DNA of 64,000 bases from Schmidtea nova (Eukaryota). The notes under the pieces were generated by a model. That model saw only the letters and a program-made list of their open reading frames with translations. It was not told the origin of the DNA and made no database searches. Both the position numbers and the translations under genes were made by a program. Positions 37,571 to 50,600 of this stretch are shown here, one piece after another (position 1 is the first letter of the stretch; every line of letters starts with the position of its first letter). The stretch covers positions 419,492,001-419,556,000 of the forward strand of contig CM097883.1 of the NCBI GenBank assembly GCA_044892505.1, given 5' to 3'.

Positions 37571-38440
37571 TTACTTCACCTGTGGGCAAGGAAGTTCCTC
37601 GACTCCTCCCTCATCAGGCAATCTGAGTACTGACCACTGTGATATAGGTGGCTCTATTGGTAATATTGTTATTATAGTGGTATTCCTTGGTGGACATCCT
37701 ACATCTACTAAAGATTCGTCATCATCCACTTGACAACCATGTATAGTGATTAAAAATAAATAATCGATGATTTTCTTTAATCCTTTCATCAAGTTTCTAA
37801 CTTGATGGAAGCATGAATATCTCTGTAACAACTTTTCTTGTCCAGGAATTCTAATATCGAGCTTCACTGGGCCTTGTCTCTCCTCTTGGTGCCTAATGGC
37901 ATGTTCGTATTTCATGATTAACATCCTTATTTTTGTCTGGTAAGGTGTTACTTCTCTCATAACTGATATGAGTAATGGTACTAATTCACATAAGGTTTCT
38001 AGTGGTATGCGTAACATGAGCATCCAGTCCATTATATTTTTAATATTTTCCCCGTTTCTCATGGTTTTTGTCAATTCATATGCCAGTCTTTGTTGGATTT
38101 ATTTAGCTTGATCTAACTGCTCAAGCTCAATTTCGCTGATTACAAATATATTTCTTAGGTCCATTGGATGTACCTTTACCATTGGTGAACACGCTTTAAC
38201 TAGATTGAGCCTATTAGGCAACAATCCGCTTTTTAATATTGTCTCATTGTCTTTTGACTTGACATCTTAATAATATAACCCTCGTGCTTTGACGTGTGTA
38301 CTCTCATTTATCTCTTTTATTAATTGCTCTACTCTTTCATTAGGGTCTATTTTAAATATGTACAAGTGTCCCCTTGGATCAACCACATGTATCTTGATAA
38401 TCTCGTTTGCCCATCGAAAACTTTGTAATTCACCAATGTT
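37571..38440 (-). pseudogene. Accessory ORF with two ubiquitin-like domains (~38398-38195 and ~37870-37665)
   Basis: One frame with 2 stops: IKIHVVDPRGHLYIFKIDPNERVEQLIKEINESTHVKARGLYY*DVKSKDNETILKSGLLPNRLNLV ... VKLDIRIPGQEKLL...QVRNLMKGLKK...LITIHGCQVDDDESLVDVG...TIITIL. Confidence 0.55.
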
Positions 38441-38889
38441 TTTCAATAATTTGAAATTATACTCTTAATATTTCTCTATCTCTTGAATTTTAGATACAGT
38501 TTTGTTAACTCTGGTATCTCTTCTACTCGACTCTCAGACTCTACTACTTTTAATAAATACTCGTCTAGTTCTCGCTGGTGCTCTTTCTCTGAGTCAGCCA
38601 GCATTAAACATGGGTCTATGGGATGATCCTCATAACCCCATTTCGACCTCTCCTCGAGTGTCTCATTGGACTTAACAGTCACTTCTCCACTGCTGCGTCA
38701 AGATACCTCATAGCTGGAATAGACACAGGGTTCATTTTCCGCCTTTTCTCTACAACCTTCTTTCTCCAAAGCTATGGGACTGCTGGCCTCAGATTCACTG
38801 AACCTAGCCTGTTGATTTCTTTGGGTGAAAGTCACATAAGCCCTTCCGTTCTCCTCGTTAGTGAAGCTCGAAATTCGATTAATCTCCTA

Positions 38890-39680
38890 TTGAATTTCTA
38901 ATTCAAGTTGTTGCAAATAGGTTAAATTTTGATTTACAGCAAATGACGTCTGCATTGGATTCTCAACATTATTACGATCATTATTATTTACTATCTGAGT
39001 TTGCTTACATGACCTCGGAATATGACCAAATTTTCCGCAGCTGCAACATTTGATTTCCCCCACAAATTAACTTCGTCTCTTTTTATATTATTATTATTAT
39101 TATTATAAATTGGATAGTTACGATTATTACTATTATTATTATATTGAAAATTAGTGCTTGGACTTTTATTCCTACTTCTATCATTATTTTTACCCTCGTT
39201 ATTATTTTTATTATTATTATTATTATTATTATTACGCTGGTTATTATTGTTACCCCTAATCGTCGGGTTTTACATACTAAAGCCACGTACCCCCTACACT
39301 CACATCTATCGCAGCTTAAGTCCGAACATTTGCAATTTGGTGCATCATAGGGAATTTACTTAATTTACATAATTTACCCCTGGGGAATTGTTTCTCCAAT
39401 TCGCTCTACAGTCCTTAACCACATTCCCCTTTCTACGACAATTGTAACACTCTACTTCATTAACTACAAAATTGCTAACCTTCTCTATATTGCTTTCTAT
39501 TAAAACTGCTTTCCTAGTTAACTCCTCAAAATTATCACCTATATGTAAGTTAAGTAAGTTTCTCATATTTGTACTTAGCCCTAACCAAAATTGGTTCTTA
39601 ATCAGTGCTTTAGTGGCATCATTCCACTCTGCTCTAGCTCCAAATGCTCTCTCAGCTAATAAATTTACTTGGTTTAGCTA
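38890..39680 (-). pseudogene. gag C-terminal half with CCHC knuckles and Asn-rich microsatellite
   Basis: ECYNCRRKGNVVKDC, CECRGYVALVC, KCCSCGKFGHIPRSC. Confidence 0.8.
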
Positions 39681-39879
39681 CTGAAATAAAACAAAATAAA
39701 ACTAGAAAATAATTGAACATTTATTCGATTCAATAGTGGTTGCTTCTTTGAATAATTGTGCTTCAGAAATTGATGTTTATGTTTAATGGATTTTCTTTTC
39801 TTGCTTGATATTCAGTTTCCTAAAAGAGAGCCGTTTTTCGTGATTTTAAACAAAAACTTTTTTATAATTCTTTATATAT

Positions 39880-40928
39880 GCTGACAATGAGAATTCAAGC
39901 AATTCCACAAACAGAAGAGGCCAGTATAAGCGAATAGCAGAGGAAACTAGATCAAGAATCATACATTCTCATCAGAGTGGTAACTCAGTAAAAGTAATTG
40001 CGGAATATGAAATGCTGAGTGTTTCAACTGTTAGAAATATCGTGAATAAATTTATTGGGGCGGGAAGAGTAGCATCTCTGCCGCGGGGAGGCAGTAAAAA
40101 CGTTAAAATCAATGATGAAATGAAATCATTTATTTTGGGTCTTGTTGATAATGATTGTTCAATCTCACTGAGGCATATCCAAGGAAAACTGCAGGAAAAT
40201 TATGACATAAAAATTGCAATATCAACCATATTCTATTGCCTGAAAAATCTTCATTATACACTTAAAAAACTAACTCCGATACCAACAAGACGTAATGACG
40301 CTAGATCGATTGAATTGCGAAGGGTCTACGCTGCAAGATATTTGGAAATTGAAGAGTCTTATGCCGGAGAAGATATTTTTTCTTAGACGAAGTTGTATTC
40401 AATGTATCTATGAGATGCAAGAAGGGACGCTCAATCGTTGGAAGTCCAGCAAATTTAATCGTTCCGAATATTCGTTCTAAAAATTTATCTGTGTGCAGTG
40501 TTATGACCAAGAATGGCTTGGTGTTTTGGAAGTTGAGCCACGTACCATACAACACCGCTTCTTTTGTTGGATATGTCGATGAATTCGCTGACTATATCGT
40601 CGATCGCAATGTTATGAATTGTGTACTGGTGATGGACAATGTGGCGTTTCATAAGAGCGCACGAATAATGGAATTGACCTCTAAGTGGAACATTCGAGTT
40701 GAATTCCTCCCGCCTTATTCACCTTTCCTGAACCCAATCGAGAATTTATTCTCGAAATGGAAAGATTTTGTAAGACGATCTAAGCCAATGAATGAAGAAG
40801 AACTGATGGTAGCAATGAATGATGGATTGAGAACCTTGAGCCAAACTGATTGTGAATATGAAAAAATATATAAGAATATGAAAAAATATATTCGTTTATC
40901 AATACAGGGACTTGAAATTGTGGATTAA
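39880..40928 (+). mobile_element. IS630/Tc1-like DD34E transposase (one frameshift at ~40380)
   Basis: HTH region (STVRNIVNKF...PRGG), then FLDE...MDNVAFHK...FLPPYSPFLNPIE, with 34 residues between D and E. Confidence 0.9.
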
Positions 40929-41774
40929 AAATAGTTTTATGCTTAATATAAGCTTTTAGAAACCATTGTTTTGCTAATTTTTTATCGCCTATAGTATATT
41001 TTCAACATGTGTTGTATTAAAATTAAATCGAAGTGAAATAAAATCAATTTGAAATGAAAATATACCATTTTGAAATGAAAAACTACGAAAATTAATTATA
41101 AAAATTAAATTGAAATGAAAAAACATTAACTAGAATTGAAAATCCTATATATATTAATTTTAAATAAATATTAATTTTAGAATAAAATAACTAAAATAAT
41201 GTAAAATATATTTTTGTTAATTTCTAATTACTAAAAATAGAATGGATATTATAAATAATTACTAATTTTAAGTAAAATATATTAATAGTAATTTATATTT
41301 AATTATAATTTACTTATAGTAATTTATAAAATAATATTTTAATATATAAGGCATTAGATTTTAGTTCAGAAAGGAGAATTATGTTTAATCAAAATGGAAT
41401 AGCGAAAACGTTTAAATTAAAATTATAAATATTATTATCAATTGTGTGGATTTCAAAGTAAATAATTATGAAACTTTCGAGATTTTTTCCTGTCGAAAAT
41501 TCATTTAAATAGAAGTTCTATTTCTGTGGGTTGTTGATCGTCATGGTTCAGCATCAACAACTCAACAAATAAAACATTATCTTAACCATCTTGTTGCCCG
41601 CCGAAATGTAACGTTCGTAATGCAACAAATTGGGGATGTCCGAAAATAGCGAGCGTCGAAAAATCGAAACTATGATTGACCGAACATCACAATGGGTTCA
41701 AGGGCTACCAACAGAAGGTTTAGTGCCCATTTTAAGTCCCTTAACATGATTTCATTTTTAGTAATTGTTTCATT

Positions 41775-44222
41775 TGTTATAGTTGATTGTTGATTGTTTA
41801 AAGAATAAAAATAGAGGTGTTTTTTTAAATAAATTATGTTGCACTCAATGCTAGAAAGAATATTGTTTAAGGGAGCTGTCGTTTACCTAGACAATGTATT
41901 GATTTATGGAAAAGACAGAAAAGAAAATAATTTACGGCTAGAGGAAGTTTTCAAAAGGATACAAATAGCAGGGTTGAAGGTTAATCCTGGTAAATGCGAT
42001 ATTTCTAAAAAAGAACTGACATTTCTGGGACACGCTGTTAGTTCCAAGGGGATAAAGACGAATGACAAGAAGATCAAAGAAATTAAAAATGCAGAGATAC
42101 CGACATGCGCTAAACAATTGAGGTTGTTCCTTGGTATGACTAACTACTACAGGAAGTTCATAAAAGATTACGCAAAGATTGCTGAACCGTTGTACGTTGC
42201 AACTTCTGGATGCGGGAAAATGATTAATTGGTCAGAAGATTGCAATAAAAGTTTTGAATTGCTTAAAACAAAATTATGTGAAGTCCCTATCCTGGATTAT
42301 CCAAGAGTAGAGGACAAATTTATTCTGGACACAGATGCCAGTTTTGGAGCTATTGGAGCAGTTCTGTGTCAAGAAAGAGGAGACCATACAGAGGTGGTTA
42401 TTGCGTCTGGATCAAGACATTTACCGGCACACGAAAAAGGGTATTGTGTGACAAGGAAGGAATTGCTTGCAATACACGAATATGTTTTATATTTCAAACA
42501 ATATCTATTTGGGAAGGCTTTTGTAGTGCGAACAGATCACAAAGCACTAGTCTTCATGAGATAAACCAAGAAAGCAATAAGCCCACAGTTTCAGACATGG
42601 CTAGCCGACCTTTCCGGATATGACTTCGACTTGCAATATAGGACAGGAGAAGAACATGGGAATGCAGACGGTATCTCAAAGATCAAGGGAATGTTATGTG
42701 CTCAATGCCAGACACAACATGAAGACGCGAAAGAGGATAAAATAGAGTGAGACATATTATTATATTACAGAAGACTGAATCAATGACAAGACTATTAAGC
42801 AAACAAGAGGATGACGTAGACTTCATACACATGTCAAGGATATTACTGGGAAAAGAGAATGGAGAAAATCTGAACAAGAAGAAATTCCCTTTTAATTTGC
42901 TGAAGAACACAAAATTCGAAAACGGATTATTACTGCTTGAGAAAGACGGAAAGGATGTAATATTAGTACCATTTGACTACACTAATATATAAGTCAAAGA
43001 TATACATAGAGAAATGTGATATATTGGAGTGAAGAAATTAAAACGTTAAATGAGCGATTTATTTTTTTGGCCGAATATTCATGGAACAATTCAAAGCTGT
43101 TTAAGATCATGTGAAATATGTTGTAAACGGAAGATAGTACAAGAGAAAACAAAGGAACGACTGATACCGATAATGAGTTCAGATTTCTTAGAACAACTGG
43201 TTGTAGATAAGGCCCACATGAAACCTCAAGGAAGTTACAGATATTTATTAGTTATTATTAACCGTTAAATCAAGATGGTTAGTCTAACTGCACTGGAAAG
43301 ACAAGATGAGAAATCGTTGTTCAAAGCCTTATTAGAGAAGTGGATATATAGATTCGGTAAACCACGAAGTCTTTTTATCAGACAAAGGTAAGAATTTCGA
43401 CAGCATGTTCGTGAAGACACATCTAGGAAAGTTAGGCATCGAACAAGACCTGAGCTCACCATACCAACACCAATCGAATGGGCTGGTGGAAAGAACTATA
43501 CGGACAGTCAGAGACTTATTAACCACTTCTATATTCAGTGGATTAAGGGACAGAAATTGGGTAGATTTACTCCCACGTATAGAATTTTGTATCAATGCGA
43601 CAACGCAGAGTACAACGGGATTCTCACCATTCGAAATTGTTTTCGGGAGGAAAATTAATCTACATTCACGTTAATCTACTACCACAAACAAATTTGAACT
43701 CAACCGAAATACGCAAGCAGGTTCTAGCAAACAGTGAAAGGGCAGCAAAAAGAATGAAAGAAACAGAGGCGGATAGAAGGACGCATAGAACTTTTGAGGT
43801 AGGGGAGAAAGTATTGGTTCGGAAAGAACCACAAGATCGGGACAAAGATGGCCTTCAGTACGATGGGCCGTTCGTAATATCAAGATTTTTGTCAGAACAC
43901 CAAGTGGAGTTTATCGATGGAGATTCAAAGAAACTTCGACGTATCGAATGGATGAAGAGATGGGCAGATCCTTAAAGAAAGGGGGAGTTATATAAATTGT
44001 TGATTGTTTAAAGAATCAAAAGAGAGGTGTTTTTTAAAAAAAATTATTATCTTGCAATTTGTATTTTTTATGAATTCAGAAGGAGACATAACTGTGATAT
44101 TTATTCTTTACTTTCTTATTCGTTGCTGTTCTCTATAATAAAAGATTTTCTATAGAGAATTTTCATTTGTTATTTCGTTTTCTTTGGAGTTCAGAAAAAC
44201 ATGAAAATTAACGAATATTACA
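41775..44222 (+). mobile_element. Internally deleted Ty3/Gypsy element (RT C-term, RNase H, integrase, 3' LTR ~43986-44222)
   Basis: YLDNVLIYG, LDTDAS, YCVTRKELLA, QSNGLVER, YDGPF; PPT AAAGAAAGGGGG. A ~60-bp copy of the LTR start at 41775-41835 is fused directly to RT. Confidence 0.9.
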
Positions 44223-44632
44223 ATGCCTATATTATAGTAATTTATATTTAACACCTAATGAGTTAATTACAACTTACTATAAATGTTCCAATTTTAAGGA
44301 TCCATGGTATAAATATCACTAAAAATTAAATTAAATTATTTATAATAATTTAGTGATTCTAAATTTATAACAAAACTAAATTAAAATATAATGAAATATA
44401 AAACCATGGTAAAAAAGAGTACATCACGTTTAAAACATATCATTGACTTCATAATTAATAAATTGAAATAAAACATAAATCTTACTTAAAAAACCTATTT
44501 CAATAATCTAGAAATTTAATTTTAATTAAAACTCAAAAAATATGTATATTTATAAATATATTTATAATCCATCACCTTTTTGTTTTAACTGTCTTAATAA
44601 ACTAAATCTATTTATTAAAATTAAATTATATC

Positions 44633-47600
44633 ATGTCGGGCCCTGTTGCGCGAAAATTTTTTGGGTAAGACTATTTTGTGTATATTTTCATTGTTAATTA
44701 ATTCTTGTAGTGGTAGGAATGCTCCAAATAGAAATTCATTTGAAAGAGTTAATCCTAAATATGTTCCACCTAGCAGGCATGCGATTTTCATTCGAGGATT
44801 TGCCAATGATGTAGATACGCATAAAATTAGGTATATCTTATTCTAAATATTTAATAAAAGTACCCTGAAATTTACAATAGAGACTATTTTCAAGAAGCTT
44901 CTAAAAGCAATTGTGGCGTTGATTTTACTAGTTACAATGATGAACAGCGTAAATTAAGCATTGCATTACGGTTTGAATCACACGATATTGCTAAAGACAT
45001 GTTGTTGAAGTAATAAATCGATAATTGAAATCACGATTAATCGATAGATTTAGATTCAATAATACGGAAATATTTGGATATCGAGTGGAAGTGACTTGGT
45101 TTAAGGATTTGAAGAAAGCTCGCGATAGAAGTAGAGTGTTAATATTATCTTATCAGTTAGATCCAGTGATAAATCTGGTTTTTATTTAATATTTAATGTC
45201 TTGACAAATTTCAAATTTAATTAATGAAAAATATTTTTCAAAAGTATGTGCAATTTAACTAAATTATTATTACAAAATCAATCTTTAAACATTCCACTTT
45301 TTAAATGTATAATAATTATAAATTTTAAGAAATGGAATGTAAGATATCGGATTAAATCTAACATTTAAATTCAGTTTCAAAAAGCTATTTAGATTTTAGG
45401 TTAAATTAATTGTAATTCGCAATCATATATTATAGTCATAATTATTGATTCAATATAATTTGTGTAGCCGTGAAGCTGTTGACTTACATATAATTTGTGT
45501 TTCGTTAATGGTACAGGAGTTTTTAAACGCCTAATTTTGTAAGATATCAAATATAATCATATACATTTGGTGAAAGCAGTAATTCAATGTAATTTGGTAG
45601 CTGATTGGTCAGATCCTGTCTGGATTTGGCTACAATTTTATAATCAATAATCCAATAACCACTGGTTATTATAGAATAATAATTTTTAAAAGAAATAAAA
45701 GTTACATTTCATGAACAATGAATAATTAATTACAAAAACTTTTATAGAACTATATATATATAACTAATATAGCTAATACAACTACACTATTTACTAACAA
45801 CATTTAAAATTATCTAAATTAAGTAAATTAACCCCTTTCTGCATGAGTGTTCATATATGAACATAATTAATTAAGACTCGAAAATATTCTTTTTTCATAA
45901 AAATATTATTTTGTTTCTGGTAACATTCTTAAGTTGCAACCCTGTTTATTCAAATTTAGTATCAAAAACTGTCAAGTGGCGCTAATGACCCTACTTTTTT
46001 AAATGTAACGGTTACTATTCGGCCATTTTTTAAATATAAACAAAAAATTCATGCAGAAAGGGGTTAACAAATATCAAAGATAATTTTTTTGTAAACATGG
46101 AACTTTTGGTGTTGGTAGCTTTCTTCAATTTATGGAATATAAATTTTTTGAATTGATTGAACATTGCATTTACAAATTGGACAAGAATTGGCTGGGTTAT
46201 CTTTCAAGATACCGGAACAATTGTCACAGATACACACATGGAAACAAGGCACCATCATGTGGCTGATGCGTTCAATTAGACAGATTTTACAAACAATTGC
46301 AAGTGGTAGATATGTTTGCTTCTGAATGGCTTGCACACTTCTCTTGTTCAGCCTCCAGTGCTTCAATTTCCTCTTGTTCTCTCATTAGGTGTTCATTTCT
46401 TTCCTCAGTTTGGATCTTTTCCAAATCAGAATTAGACAGTTTAGGTTTGAAAATTGAATTGGAGTAATTGCATGATCTTGGAGTTTTTGTTCAGCTTTGT
46501 CCGTTACACGCTTTGCAAACTTAGTCTTCTTTGCATCCTCCATTCTCACTGGCAAATTGTTCTTGATCTGAGCAATCTCAATGACAGTTGGCTCAATAAC
46601 ATGCCGTGCTAATTGATCTAAAAAGGGACCAAATTGTCACCCCATGATGATTTTTTTGGCCATTCTGCAATGCAAGCTTTCACAATAGTTATTGGTCCTA
46701 TGTTATAGGCCATAACTGCTAATGACATCAGTTCCCACTTCCTGCATCCAGTACTTCAAAAAGTACTCCTGGTGAAGGATTTTCCACTGTCGCCGATATC
46801 TAGCACTTCTCAGCTGAGCGATTTCACCCTTGAGGACGTTTAATGTTGGAATTATTTGGTCCGGAAGAAGTAAAGACAAGGCAAAGTGTTTCCTTGCAAC
46901 TGTTGCAAATTCCTTATCATCTCTGAACTCAACAGCCATTGTTTCCTTCACTTTCCGGAGTAATTCTTGTCCAAAATGGAATCGGCATCCAGTTGTTTTA
47001 ATGTTGGGAAAAGCAGATCAAATAACTTTTAAGAGTCCAGCCTCAAAATCTGACATTGAATTTTGAGGTGCAAACTTTTCCCCTCCAAAGGATTTCAGCT
47101 TTTTGATGATGCTCTCATACAAGCCCTGACGTTTACTTGTCATAACAATATGAATGATTGGAAGAACTGTTCCTTTAAAGTCTATTAAGATGTTCAAAAC
47201 TTAAGCAAACAGTTTTGGATGTGGTCTGACTTTGAATGTGGCATCAAGAAACAAGTTTTTGGCACCTGACAAAATTTCTAAGCATTCATGTACTGCAAAG
47301 ATTAGACCAATCTCATCTCCAGACTCGACCCAGCTTTTGTAAAAATGAATTGAATGGGTGATCACCATTATCCAAAACAAAGACTGTCTCCTCTACCGTA
47401 CCAGGTATTGGTGGAAAAAGTGAACTCCTTTGATATTTTAAAGAAGGAGCAACTCCAGGCCAGTTTATATTTGCCTGTGGTTCTTGACTTGACTGAGATA
47501 ATACGTCACTCCAGATGTTACGTAGTGGATCTGTTGTTGTACTTGATCGTTTTTTCATTTCAACTTTGGCTTGAAAAATATCCCAATATTTTGAGTCAAC

Positions 47601-50600
47601 TTGCTTGCAGGTATGACCATTTGTCTCATACAATAAACTATCCTCCAGTTTGGCTCGTCCATTGCATTTTTGTGTGTAAAACTTACACTTTAAATAGATT
47701 CTGTCCTCTGTTATCTTCTTTGACACAACATAAGCTCTATTTACCTTGTTACGGTAAACTTTGGCACCCTTGAGACATTCTATCACTGTGAAAGGTATAT
47801 TCTCAGACATCACTTTTTTTGGTCTTGACTGGGGAGCGTGTTAAACGGTAATAAAAAGTTAACAATATTAATTAGCAATTTCTTTTAATTAAATAATTCA
47901 TAAAAACTGAAATTAATAAACAAAAAAAGGAACCCATAAAAACAAGTTTTTAATGTAACTTTCTTTTTCTCATGTTCTCGGTTAATTTTATTGTTGTTTT
48001 ATTGTTTGGTAGTTTCTTGGCAACAGTAAATTGAAAAATCTCATTGTTTCAAAAAATTTTCAATTTTTCAATGGAATAATTTGTGGGCCTCCACGAGTCG
48101 GCTCGCAAATTTTCAGATCGATTGGATATCGGGAAGTGGGTTAAAAATCTTTGACAAGAAAACAAACAGAAATTGGAAGTTAATAGAAAGAGTTAAATTA
48201 AAACATAAACATAATTAATGAAATTATTTACATAATGTGAAAAAACATTTTATTAACTTTTTCCCAAAAATTATTTGAATTAAATTGTCGACGATTTTTT
48301 TGGGATTCTTATATTAAGTCATCGACTAATTTTTTGGCATTTGTTGGATGTCGGTTATTTTTTGGGTTTGTAGTCGACTAATTTTTCGCGATCTGTCGAC
48401 TTTATTGACTTCCATATTCGACTATTCTGACTTTTACCTCCAGTTTATTTTTGTACCTAGTTTATTTGCAACCGATTTATCTCAAAATGAAGCTAGCATT
48501 ACTTGCAGCATTAAAAGTGAGTTTGTAGGATTTCAAATGTATTTAATCAAAGGGGTAAAAATTGTCATGTATTCAGACTCTGTTTGATTATATAGTCACT
48601 GGGTTTGATCTTGAATGGTATCGAGATTCTTACATGGTTTAGGTGAGAAATAAGCCTCTACCAAATAGAAATTGTATCGAGTATCACATTAAAAACCAAT
48701 TTTAAATTACTATATAATTGCTACATTATTCACTGTAAGACGATTATTTTCTTGATAAGAAAGTTCGATGAGATTGCATTTTTATAATAATTGATAATAA
48801 TATTGCAGTGTTGGATGAAAGAAGAGTTCCATTTGATGAGCATCGTATAAATTTCAAAAACAATCGTTTCGATTATGAAAGACGTGACAATCGTGAATGG
48901 TCTGATGCAAGGAAAAAGTTTTCCCAAAATAATAACAACAAACACAGTAAATCAGTTGAACGAAGTGATGCCAATAGTGAAGCTTCATACGGTGGTCGCA
49001 AGCGAAAACATTCCAGTGAATATGAGAAAAGTCGTTCACATTCATCAAATCGATCGGAAAAATCTTATTCAGAATCAGATTCTCGTTCGATATTAATAAA
49101 TAAAGTAGAGGGTGATATTCGCAGTAAGAGTCCATCTGTTAGAGAAGTGAAAGGTAAAAACGATGTAGTATCATCTTTGTCAGACAAACCGGCCGCATAT
49201 ACGGTGGATTTAGATGAGAGTTTCATTGAAAATGTGCCACAGGTTAAAGTGGCAGTGGCTCCAGTTCAGAAAGAACAAAGTATTTCTTCTATTCCTGATA
49301 ATTATAAGGCTGATAACATGGCTAATCATAAACATGATTCGGAAGATAAGAAGAAAAAGAAGAAGAAACGTAAACGTCGACGTGTTGAACACAGTGGTAG
49401 CGTGGATTCCTTTGGAGAGTATGGATTAATTATTTTTATATAATTATTTCTTTTTATTAATAATATTTTTAGTATTATCTTTATTATAATTATTATTAAT
49501 ATTACTATCATTATTATTAATATTATTACTTCTTTTTTCTTTCTTTTATAATTATTCTTATCTATATTATATTTTCTTTTTTTATTAATATTATTTTAAT
49601 TATGTTATTATTATTATCTTGCTTATTATTATCATTCTTTTTCTTCTTAAATTATGTTATTATTTTATTATTAACAATATTACTTTTTATTATTTTTATT
49701 ATTTTCATTATTATTTTATTATTGTAATTTTTTCTTTCTTTTATTATAATTTTTAATATCTATATTATTGTTTCTTATTATTTTATCATTAATGTTATTT
49801 CTTTTTTCTTTTCTTATCAATATTTTTTCTTATCAATAATTTTTCTTATCAATATTATATTTTCTTTTTCTTATTAATTCTATTTTAATTATGTTATTAT
49901 TATTAATGTTTTATTACTAACAATATTATTTTTACTATTATCTTTATTATTATTATTATTTTATCATTATTGTTATTATTTCCTCTTTCTATATTATTAT
50001 AATTTTTATTATTTTTTCTTTTTCTTATTTTCTTAATGTTATTTTTTCTTTTTTTCTTATCAATATTGTATTTTCTTTTTCTTATTAATATTATTTTTCT
50101 TATGTTATTATTATTTATTATTATTATTATTATTATTATCATTATTATTATTAATGTTATTATTTATAATTGTTATTATCATTAANNNNNNNNNNNNNNN
50201 NNNNNNNNNNNNNNNNNNNNNNNNNNNNNNNNNNNNNNNNNNNNNNNNNNNNNNNNNNNNNNNNNNNNNNNNNNNNNNNNNNNNNNNNNNNNNNNNNNNN
50301 NNNNNNNNNNNNNNNNNNNNNNNNNNNNNNNNNNNNNNNNNNNNNNNNNNNNNNNNNNNNNNNNNNNNNNNNNNNNNNNNNNNNNNNNNNNNNNNNNNNN
50401 NNNNNNNNNNNNNNNNNNNNNNNNNNNNNNNNNNNNNNNNNNNNNNNNNNNNNNNNNNNNNNNNNNNNNNNNNNNNNNNNNNNNNNNNNNNNNNNNNNNN
50501 NNNNNNNNNNNNNNNNNNNNNNNNNNNNNNNNNNNNNNNNNNNNNNNNNNNNNNNNNNNNNNNNNNNNNNNNNNNNNNNNNNNNNNNNNNNNNNNNNNNN

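Larger units (their letters stand above)
35030..39680 (-). mobile_element. Decayed retroelement: gag - accessory ORF with two ubiquitin-like domains - chuvirus-type glycoprotein; no pol seen
   Basis: All ORFs are collinear on minus (see sub-features). LTRs were not identified. Confidence 0.75.

Noticed and set aside
39083-39363. Poly-Ile/Leu hydrophobic ORFs (also 49326-50142 and 29789-30028)
   Set aside because: Alternative-frame translations of (TTA)n/AT-rich microsatellites.
40370-40390. Programmed -1 frameshift in the IS630/Tc1 transposase
   Set aside because: TTTTTTC is not phased as a canonical X XXY YYZ site. A 1-nt homopolymer deletion or sequencing error is simpler.
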